64,000 nucleotides of DNA from Octopus vulgaris. Its lineage: Eukaryota. Below the pieces are notes generated by a model that saw only the letters and a program-made list of their open reading frames with translations, made no database searches and had not been told where the DNA came from. Each line of letters begins with the position of its first letter. Position 1 is the stretch's first letter. The translations under genes were made by a program, and so were the position numbers. This document shows positions 53,420-64,000 of this stretch, piece by piece. The stretch lies in the NCBI GenBank assembly GCA_951406725.2, contig OX597815.1, positions 90,458,001-90,522,000 on the forward strand, read 5' to 3'.

Positions 53420-56400
53420 TTGTGGCTATCCCTCGAGATCGAGGATGTTGCTTTTATTTATATATATTTGTGGGTTCTGGGGGTGACTGATGACTCCAAC
53501 TCTTGCTCGGAAGTTCCTTTCACATGTGTGACAGGCGGTTGCGGATGGAAGGTCCGCTCCTGTTGTTCTTGACTATATTTCCTGTGCTTCCTCTTTCCTT
53601 CTTGTTCAGCAGTCCCACTAGTTCCAAAAGTTGTTCGTTTCACTTTGATGATGGATTTCTATCGTTCTCGATCTTGATCATTTCTCTCCCAGTCCTCGAT
53701 GTCAATAATATTTTCTCTTGATGTTTACATTCAAAGCATCTTCGAAACAATTCTTTTGTTGACCTCTTCGTTTTCCCTCTTTTTGTTGGGAGCAAGACAC
53801 CCGTTCAGTAGATGGTTGTTTTCATCACGACAAAATGACCAGCACATCCCAGCTGTTTTTAGATAAGGATGACTTCAATGGAAGTCATGTTGGCGTCTTT
53901 CAACACAGTGAGGTTTGTCCTTCTTTCTTCCCAGTTGATGTTGAGAAACTTTCGAAGGCAACGCTTGTGATACGCTTAAGAGATTTTACGTATCTTCTGT
54001 ACATAGTCCAGTCCTAGAATGCATATAGGAGAATGGGGATCACCACCATCATGTATAACATAATTTTTGAGTCAGTTCGAATATCTCGATCCTGCCAACG
54101 GCAGTACAAGTGTTTTTGAGATGATGCTGAATTTGTTACCGATATCACTATTGAGAGAGTGACGACTTCCCAGATACGGAAAACGATTCGCGGTTTCTAA
54201 GACTACGCCCTCAATTCCAGGGGGTTGTTATACACTATCTGCCTCGACTAGTGATGGTCGGAAGATGATTTATGTCTTCTTGTAATTGATTGTGAGTCTC
54301 AGTTTTCGGTAACACTGAAGGAAGTCATTGAGGACCTGTTGCCTATTTTCTTCAGGTAATTCGATAATGCTGTTGCCATCAGCATATAGAAGCTGAATAT
54401 GGAGCATGTTGATATTTGCTTTTAGACCTCAATCGGGCAAGGCTGAAAAGCTTGCCGTCAGTTTGATAAATAATTAAAATTCCTGATGGAATATTCACCT
54501 TGATGATTTCATTGATGGTGGCAATAAAGATGGTGAAGAGAGAGGGAGCTACAACATAGCCTTGTTTCACTTCTGATCTTATTGAGAAATATTTCAGTGT
54601 CATAGTTGTTGACTAGGACCCCCAAACACACACATATTGCTGTGAAGCCGAAAAATCCTAATGAATTTATCAGGGCAACCATAGATGGATAAGATGCCTC
54701 ACAGGGGATCCTTCGAAAACGGAGTCAAATGTTTTAGTAATATCAATGAATACTATTTACAAAGTTGAAGTTGTTTGCGGCACTTCACTCGCAGTTGTCG
54801 CTTGGTGAATATCGTATCTGTTGTTCCGCGTGATGCTCTGTTTCTAGCTTCCATTTCTGGAAGGATCTTCTCAGCGATCGAGTTCAGTCTGTGTTTCCGA
54901 ATAAGGGGCAGGACTTTACTATTGTAGCTAACAGGGAAATTTCCCAGTAATTCCCCATTCCACTATCTGGTCGATCTCCTTTCTCTGTTTTTTTTTTGTT
55001 ATATATGGTAACAATATCTGAATCTCTGAGATCAGGTAGCATTTTTCTCATTTATCCAAATTTTAATCGGAGTTGATGGAGTCGATAATGAATCAAAAGC
55101 TTACCTGGTTTTAAAGCTTCAACTAACATTTCATTTAGTTTTTCAGCTTTATTTTTTTAAGCCTCTGATGACTTCACTAATGTCATCAACGATAGGGAAT
55201 TTACTGAGGAAATGTTCTAGTCAAAGGTGACAAGTTGGTCCAGAAAATTTTCAAAGTGTTCATCCAACCTCGTACTTATAGCAATATTGGATTTAAAGAT
55301 GGTGTTACCGACTTTGCTTTTAAGAGGGGCTCAGCTATGCATCGAAATACTAAGGATAGCTTCAGTTGAATTGAAAAAGCCTCGTGTATGTTGGCATCAG
55401 CTAGCTGATGAATTTCATGAGCTTTACCCTCAACAATTGATTTCTTAGTTATCGGGTGACTCTTTTAACGACAACTTTGCATTTTCCGTACTTTTGCTTC
55501 TTATTGACACGCTGTTTTGTAGAGCACTCTTTTTATTGCCGATGAATTATTGATGTTGCCTGGTCACGAAACCATGCGTTTCTTGAAGATGATGAAGATG
55601 GGATTTTTAAGAATTTTTCCAGTTTTCTTTGAAAGTATGTGGGGAATTTTGGGGCAGATGTTCTCGAGGATTTTACTGGTGACGGGAAACTTCAGGATCC
55701 TGAAGTTTTACAACTTTAATGCTGCTATTCTGATTTTGGTTTTGATGTCTCCTTTTTCGTCGAATCTTCATATTCTTGTAGACGGACGATAGTCTGTCTA
55801 ACATTTATCTGCACATGTGATGTCTTGTGTCTTCAGCATACCTTGACTATCACGGATTCTTCTAATGGCATAGTCAATCAGGTGCCAGTGTTTTAGATGT
55901 TGCTATGTAGCTTTGTACTTTTGTTTTGCTGGCAAAATAATGTATTGGTAATCACCAGATCATACTCAGCACACTTGGTTAGAAGTTAGGATTGATCCAG
56001 CAAATTCCTTCTTTTCCGGCGGTCCCGTTCCAGAGATAGTAATCAGTCCGACTTTGGCATTTAAGTCACCATGTCCTACCATTTGTCTTCATTTCGAGTG
56101 GAAGAGAGAATTTCATCATGCTGAATATAGAAGTTTTTTTTTTTGTCGTCAAAAGTTGGAGTATAAGCACTCATAATGGTAGCATGTTGATTTATGTCAA
56201 TCCTCAGAATCATAAGTCGTTCATTGATTCTGAGAGCTTACTACTTTCCGAAGCAAATTGCTTCGGATGGTATGGCCCACGCCATAGACCCTAGGTTGTT
56301 CAAGGTCAAGATCTTTCAAAAAGTTGTATTGGCCGTGTCCCTTTTTCAGTACTCCCTCTCCTACTCGCGTGGTCTTGCTCAGACAAACAATGTCAGAATT

Positions 56401-56455
56401 GAACTTTTGAAGTTCACGAGCTGCAAATGCAGTTCTTCTTTCAGGTATCATTTTC
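53420..56455 (-). mobile_element. Near full-length but decayed RTE-clade LINE (APE + RT)
   Basis: APE PERRTAFAARELQKFNSDIVCLS, GDLNAKVG and HWHLIDY; RT EVKQGYVVAPSLF; C-terminal TCHTCERNFRARVGVISH; 3' hairpin ATCCTCGATCTCGAGGGAT. Confidence 0.9.
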
Positions 56456-58856
56456 CATCCAATATATATTCAAAAAATCATTCCATAAGCCAATGTGTTT
56501 CAGTTCTTTCACCCAGTGTAATTGTTTGTTCTTCCTGTACTATTGTGTGCCTCTCATCTCTTTTAAAACACATCACGTGAGAATTAGCATTTTTTCGCTT
56601 CTTTAGATAGTGTCTATTCTATAATAAAGGAGCTAGATTAGTTGATTCATTAAAGTGTAGGACAATATTCCTTATAATATTTGTTTCAGTTATTTCGATC
56701 TGAGGTTAAATTCCACGGAGTCAACTGATCCTATCATGCTTCCAGTGTCGATAACGTGCTTTCACATTGACTTGGATAGTGCAATGTCCAGGTACACGGT
56801 TGTGCCGTGCAACGCATATTGCATGAACTAATTTAAAGCCTTTGGTGATGATTGTTAGCAGCTTTTGCGTACAAAATAGAGATGCTCATGTTATTAAGAC
56901 AGCTATACAATTTTGTAGAAATCAAGACACCTTTTAATATCAATTGACATGAGTGAATAATGCTGAATGTCCAGGACAACACTACTTGTAAATGAAAGCC
57001 AGCTACACTTGATCATAGCTTTCTTCTTTACCGAGTAAGCTCCAATAGTAAGTGTGATTTGCGTCATTATCACAAAATTACACCTTTAATACTGCCAAAA
57101 TAGATCACGAGTAGACGACAGCTTTATATTACTAAAATGAAGTGTACTGTAATCGTAAATCGTTTTCAAATGTGCGTTAAACTACCAGGTGCACGTCAAA
57201 TTATTTTGTTTATGCATTGATGAGAAGCATACGTAATGGGATGAATTACACTGAGTGCAGAGTAAACATCAGGAGATGTACGCACTCTCTTATCGAGTGT
57301 AATTCCGTGCACCTCAATATTCCGCCAGTAACTATGGTGTAGGTGCACGATATTTAGTACTCATGAGAGTTCTCACAATACCTGGTTCTCATGAGACAAT
57401 CGGTATATACTTTCTAAAGTTATATGGGAAAAAACTGTGAGTTTAATACTTCGTATTAAGATTAGTATCATTAAACTACTGAGATGGATTTCAACCAACT
57501 GTAACAATAAGTAAAGCGTGGTGTTGTAGCATATTTAGAATTTAATATTAGCTAAAGGAATTACTGTGGATATTCACACACAGGATACATCATTTATTTT
57601 ACAAAATATTTTATTTTTCCTGTAAAACTTTTTTTACTTTTCAGAAAAACGCTTCCATATTCTCTGCTGTATTCCGACTACTTGAGTGATTCTATCATTT
57701 CTAAAACTGAAATTCTCCTGATAGTTGATACCGCAGAGATTTATATATCCGATATAAATTTTTATATTTTTTATTCAAAATTTTAACATTAATATTTATT
57801 TCCTGTTGTCATTCTTTCCTAACACCTTATGAATTCTAGAGACGCTGAGAAGAAGGGAAGGTCTGTCTCCAATTTCTTTCCAAATCTTATTAATAGCCAG
57901 CTAGGTTTCGACACGCCTATTTGTTCATATACCAATCACATAATTCTAATATATTTAACATTACTTCCAATGAAATATAGTCAACTATACATTTCCTGGT
58001 AGTGTCAATCAAGTAGCTGAATTTAGATGATGACAATCAGAACGAGGTCATGCATTTAAATTTCTTTCTACCACTGAAAGAAGGCTCTTCACAAAATAGG
58101 ACAAATTGATGTAAATTAAGATACCGAGAAATTAACCTATGCTATGTTTCGGTAATATTTAATGAGTCAATACTAAATTAAGTTTCTCGATTTCATTTTT
58201 AAGGATTTAATAAATTACATCCCCATCCCCTATTTTATAAACCACAATTGACACGCTAAAAACACTTTATTACGGGCAAGTAGTCATATGAATCCCTTAT
58301 TTACATTTACTTTTTCTTATAGCAAGTAGCTGCAACAATATCTCAGGATATAAACAGAAGTTCAAATGTGAAACTCTACCCGCAAATCTCGCTACGTGTT
58401 GCATAATAGATTTTTATACTGTACTATGATGCATCATCTAAATTGTAAGGAATATCTTATGATAAACAATACATGTTTTATCCCAACATTGTGATGCTTA
58501 ATCGAATATGCGTAGAGTTTATAGTTATTTATGTTCACTCCATTTAAAAACGTTGCTAAAACAGATACTCCAAATTGCATAATAGTGCATTCCTAGGCAA
58601 CAAATCACATAATGACTAATCATATACGTCAGATACTTGAAATGTAAAGTATGAAATGCTTCATAATAAACAATATAGTTTCAGCCGCCCTTGTGAAGTA
58701 TAGACGAATATATTGGGTAAAATTTTGTGCAGTTCGTTAATGAAGAAATATACTCTGTCTATTTCAACACCAAGTGATAGATTGAAACCATTGCCCAAGG
58801 TAGTACTAAAACAGAATTGAATTAGGCTTGGCGAAGTCTAGATATATATATATATA

Positions 58857-59049
58857 TTGCCTATGAATAGCCATAACCTATAATTCTCATCATAGGGAGA
58901 AGTAGTGTGAACGTGATCGCTGATGAAATTCCAAGTAGAATGGAAAGTGATTAGAACAACTATTCTTTTTTTTCCTGTCCAGTGAGAGTCAAACCCACTT
59001 CTGTTCACATATGACCACACACATTCTGTTATACATCTCAACGATGGTT
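58857..59049 (+). mobile_element. Short (TA)n-flanked segment with an incomplete hammerhead-like motif
   Basis: TGATCG-CTGATGA-A-ATTC-CAAGTA-GAAT-G-GAAA-G-TGATTA (58914-58953); stem III and the cleavage triplet are missing; (TA)n on both sides. Confidence 0.35.
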
Positions 59050-59563
59050 AATATATATATTGTTTGTCAGAAGATATAACTTACTTTACGTTTCAGCTTA
59101 AATTACACGCTTTAGTGTATTAACGATAATATGAGCAAGTGGATATATGCGAAGGCTATAAATTAATTAATTAACTTTGCTGCCAACTAAACCACTGCAA
59201 TGCAAGTCATACAAGCAGGTTTAGCTATATCGCAATATACAGTGAATAGAAGTAACTATAATTTATATTTCCTGGTGTGTACAGATAAGTTTCGTACGGA
59301 ATTTTTGAGAAGATTCATTTGAAACTAGTAAAGAGTTTTTAGTTACATTTCCCCGCGTGTAGTTTTATTTACCCCGCTTGTTCCTCATCGCCACTCATCT
59401 CCAGTAATCCACAGACAAACACTTCATAATTATATACAATAAATTCCCAACAATTCATAGCGACAAAATAAAGTTGGATAAGTTATTAAATTAGACTTCA
59501 ATTTAAAACAACTTTAATGCTAATCTGAAATATAAAACAACTGTAATTTCTAATTTCACAAAT

Positions 59564-59690
59564 TCAATACTGAGAACGTTCATACCGGCACAATAATGTC
59601 TTACTATTATTAATTTTATCTTTGTAAAAGAAGAAACCAGTATAAATTAATTTCCGTTTTCCTTTTTCTGTTTTGAAACACCTAAAAGGC
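59564..59690 (-). pseudogene. Possible FLYWCH-like fragment (Mutator-type transposon relic)
   Basis: FKTEKGKRKLIYTGFFFYKDK resembles the start of a FLYWCH domain; the W-C-H part is not recognisable. Confidence 0.35.
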
Positions 59691-62600
59691 GTTATAGAGT
59701 TGCAGATACTTCTGCTACATTGACAATACTGACAATCAATATTAGCTGAAAGCAAAGGTTAAGAGAACTGGATAATTGAAGTTAACATTTCTCAAGGTGG
59801 TCTGTGACTTCAGATAGTAATTTCACATAAATGTTGTTTTCTTTTTATACTTTGCTACGATTAATTCATATCTGGTATATTACTATCGCATAACCAAGTC
59901 AGAGGTAAATTAGGAGGGAACAAATATTCTATGGCTAGGAAATGTTGTGTAAGAATTGTTAAGGTTGAATATTTCATTATCTGTTACATTTGATTGCACA
60001 TCACGTCAAGGTAATCTATATTAAAATGTATAGTTAACCTTTCTAATTATCCTCAAGGGATTTTTAGTGCATAATTAATGAATTGCATACGTTACCAACG
60101 AAAGTACCATGATGTAAAAATCGAACTAACCAGTTTCAAGACGTTCAAATAAATATTAACTATTCAAAGCTATAAGTTATATCTCTGTCCAGAGTCACAT
60201 GAAGTAGGTACATGTATTTGAAGCAATTCCATCTGATTTGAACTCGGTAAGGCCAATTCTGTGTTTTCTTATCACGCGGAGAAATCTGAGATATTTGTTT
60301 ATATTTGCACCCATATAGTGTATTATACAACATTATGATGGCTAAAACTTTTATTTAATAGTTAATATTCCGAGCATTGATCAATCGATTTAGCTCCTAT
60401 TAATAATCATGCACACCTGTACATACTATAGTTAGACAGTGATACAAGCGTACATCCTCATACCAACATGGGTGTAGATATATATGAACACACAGATACA
60501 CGTGTACATACATCATTCGCTATTCTGTATAATCGTCAAAACTAGTGACCCAAGATTATTCCAGTGAACAAACATTCAACCTTTTAAATATTCTGTCTGA
60601 TTAAATGGCGTATTTTTCCCTCCTGTGATAATCATTATAGAAATAAAATCATGTGAAATAGTTATGCCATCATCAGGCTCTCTGGCCAATTCTAACCTTT
60701 AATTTTTCACAGCTGTGCAGGATTATTTTATTTTATCCATCAAAGCGTTACGCTTTTTTATGATTATGTGTCGTAAGCCATTGGCGGCATATAATAGGAA
60801 TCTTTATTTCTTATTTCGTTTAATTCTTTTCTTCTAAAGATGAGGAATGGTAAATCAATTACTATTGGAATTACAGGCTGCAACATGAAAAAAAGAAATA
60901 ACGGAAGCAGGATACAATCGAAGATCAGAATAGTTAAGATAAAGAGACGGATATTACATGTATTTATACCGAAAATAGCAAAACAAAAGTTTCTAGGAGT
61001 CAGATTGTTGCTCATTCTGACCTGTGTTCATAAACAGATCATAAATTCCAAAATAAGGATTTTAAAACTATAAAGAATCAGAGTTAATGTTGCAGCACAA
61101 TAACACTGTTTTCTCAACCATCTACGGCCTGGGTGAAATCCAATTTTATTCCGACTGCCTGACAAGGGTTGGCAAGCAATAAGTCTAATTTTATAGTTGA
61201 GCGAAACTCAATACTTCAGCAACAAACGTATATTGATTTCTTTAGAGCAAAGCAGAAAGCCACTGCCTTTAATTGTTAATCATATTTGCATTAAATATTC
61301 TACCAGAATACACTCTTTATAACAGTAGAGGTAGATGGTATGCATTTGGGGTGTAACAACGTAATTTATTGCATTGCAACTTAAAGCTTCTTATCAGTAG
61401 CGTATGCCATTAAGTGACTGCAAAGATTTACTAGCAAACTTGAAGATTATGTTATTCATTTCCATACTACAGTTCGAAGACATTATTCATTGCTTACTGC
61501 TAATAGTAGGGATCCTGTCTTCAGTAATTTCTTCGCAGTCTTATACATTGTAAGCTTGAGATAAATTTCAATTAACAAAATTGCTATAAATTTCACAAGT
61601 ATTCAGAAAGACACGCCTTACTTTGTAATATAAAGCTCATTATGGATTGACATTAATTTCAAAATATATAATGAATGTATACTCGGATACCCGTTTTCTA
61701 TTTCTAATAAAGTAATTCCAATTTGAGTTTTCCTAATCTAAATAACAGATGTGCGATCTGAAATGCATCCGTGGCAATCACTTTGTTAAAATAAACATTA
61801 TACACTCATTTATCATTCGATTCTTGTATTGTTCTATCACATCGTCAGAATAACGGTTATCTATATTGCGAATTACTCACATTTAGGTTTTAAGTTATTT
61901 CGGTCAGAACATAGCTTTTTAACACAGTTAAATATATATATCTTTAAAAAAAGCACTGATAAAATCTTGTAAACTTTAGATTCGATTAGGGATGACCGAA
62001 AATTCCAACTTCATACTATATATCAAATTTAAGTTACACATTGGTTTTCCATTCAAGTTTTCGTTAGTTCGTGAAGTGTTTTTTTAATTTATTTCTTTAC
62101 TAATAAGTTTGTTTACATCGTATAAAAGCAGTATATTGAATTGACACAAAATATTTCATTGGAGTGGATTTGATCCAAGAATTTTTCCGCAAGACGCTAG
62201 AAATGATTGTATTCGTTGATGTATGCCGCAGTCTACTCCATTCAATAACATATGAATTTTTTTTTCAGATTCAAAATAAAAAAAAAGATCTCGCGATGAT
62301 GTTCTAGAGCAATATTTTACACTGTCGAAACTTCGTCTGACTTTTGATTCGGTTATTACAGTTTATATTCTTTAGAATTTTAACAATCTGCTTTATGAAG
62401 CTAATTGCACATATATGTCTATAGCTTGAGGTTAGAAAAATCGTAAACATGCACCAAATTATATCTGCAATACAAAGATCAATAATTTAAGCATTTTAAT
62501 CACTTTGTTGTATTTTCAGTCTGTATTTCAGTCTACCTGAAAACATCATATTCTAGAATATAAAACATAGCAAATATAAAAGAACTCATCAGTAACAGCA

Positions 62601-64000
62601 ATGTCATAAACAGCCACTTCTTCTTATACTTCTTTATCCTCTTCTCCTTCTTCGTCTTCTTCCTCCTTCTCTTTCCCCTCCACATCTCCGCCATTAACAT
62701 CGCCGGTCATCGATTTAGTTATCATCATGATCTTATATTCCACTTCACACCACCTATAAGCTCGAGGTTTTACAGTATGCCTTCCACATTACAATGAAGA
62801 AATTAGACCATACTTCAGTCTAGCAGATTCAAACTCTACGTTTTGAATATCTATCTTGAATATCCCCTTTCATGAACTGCTTTCTATGCAAATAGGAGCG
62901 TATGTTTAAGATTATAAGCATGACCCTTGAATTGATAATAAGATATGCGTGTTATTTATGAGGTTTACCCATGTAAAATTAGACGTTAGAACGTTTACTC
63001 CTGCGCACATTTCTTTTTATTATTGTTGTTGTATATCCTGATCGTGCATTGATCTATGATCATATGTCTTTTGTCTGAGACCATCTTATATTATTTCAGA
63101 TAATATTATCTAAACTGCAGTTCTTTTAAAGATAGTAAAGTGTAATGCAAGAGATTTTTCCTTTATATTTCTAGCCGCCAGTCGAACAACCATGTAGAAG
63201 CTACTTTACTGACTCTTATGCTGTTTCATGATATTTCACTTAGGGGTCGATTTCGTATGCTATTGAATTATTGTACAATATCAACGAAGACGTACAAGAT
63301 GAAAATGGCCTTGTGATTTTCTGGAAAAGTTTTTAATCCAAATTCGAAGACCATCACAAGTTATTGCTGTCTTTAAAATGCCAACGGCAATAAGCGCATC
63401 AATTCTTATCTTTGAGATTATGGCTATAATATAGTGAAACTGGTTCTGCCAAATATATATGCCTATCCTAAATACCTATATTATGTTTGCTCATAACTAC
63501 ATCATGAAATTAATCAGTTTTGTTCCATGTATTAGTGTTTCTCCATGTACTTGTGTTTTTACCATGTACTAGTGTTTCATCAACGAAGGGAATTTTCTCC
63601 GCCTGTGGCTTAAAAGAGAGTATTTAAGAGAATTATGAGAAAAGGTTATATCAATGGCCTTTTACAAGTTCTTTTACATCTTGAAACACAGCCCGATGCT
63701 TACAGAAGGGAACTAAGTTAAACCGGGTGACGGACTAATTCTGCCAGCCAAGTAGGTATGAACGAGATTTGACTGCACGTATTCCATTATTCGCTAGTCC
63801 ACTGTACAAGACTGGTACGTTATATTTTAACTAAAAGGTATCACACGCGCGTGTGCGTGTGTTTTTTGTGTGTAAGGTTTCGATCTAAATGCTAGTATGC
63901 ATTTTAGTATGCCAACTCTATTAGAACTTACAGTCTGCTAAAATAGATGGAGACAATATTCATGTAAATATCTCTGATCTGTTTTGGCAATGATTCCACT

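Noticed and set aside
60764-61015. Hydrophobic 83 aa ORF resembling a membrane protein
   Set aside because: T-rich composition gives hydrophobic codons by chance; no family motif.
63523-63578. Three ~18-bp tandem units (CCATGTA(C/T)T(A/T)GTGTTT)
   Set aside because: Ordinary minisatellite with no further structure.

Overview
This is an AT-rich, microsatellite-dense eukaryotic window made almost entirely of transposable elements. I found no convincing host protein-coding gene. The repeat content (tRNA-derived SINEs, RTE and CR1-like LINEs, R4/Dong-type RT-REL LINEs, Tc1/mariner elements, abundant (TA)n, (TAA)n and (TACA)n) resembles a coleoid cephalopod, probably an octopus; that assignment is an inference. 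Four signals stand out. (1) A near-canonical type I hammerhead ribozyme at 50030-50101, plus four more hammerhead-like or degenerate motifs. Each lies in a short, sequence-unrelated segment bordered by (TA)n, as expected for Penelope-like terminal repeats or retrozyme monomers. (2) A ~2.26 kb element encoding only an L1/Tx1-type ORF1 (RRM-like region, CCHC knuckle and an unexplained C-terminal domain), inserted with a 10-bp target-site duplication into the tRNA-like head of a SINE. (3) A ~16 kb cluster of R4/Dong-like copies, most with their 3' ends against (TAA)n, including one near-intact RT-CCHC-REL frame. (4) Three copies of a ~560 bp non-coding element, also bordered by TAA-type repeats, with a covarying hairpin and a tandemly repeated terminus. 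Element boundaries were read by eye and are approximate unless TIRs or TSDs are quoted.
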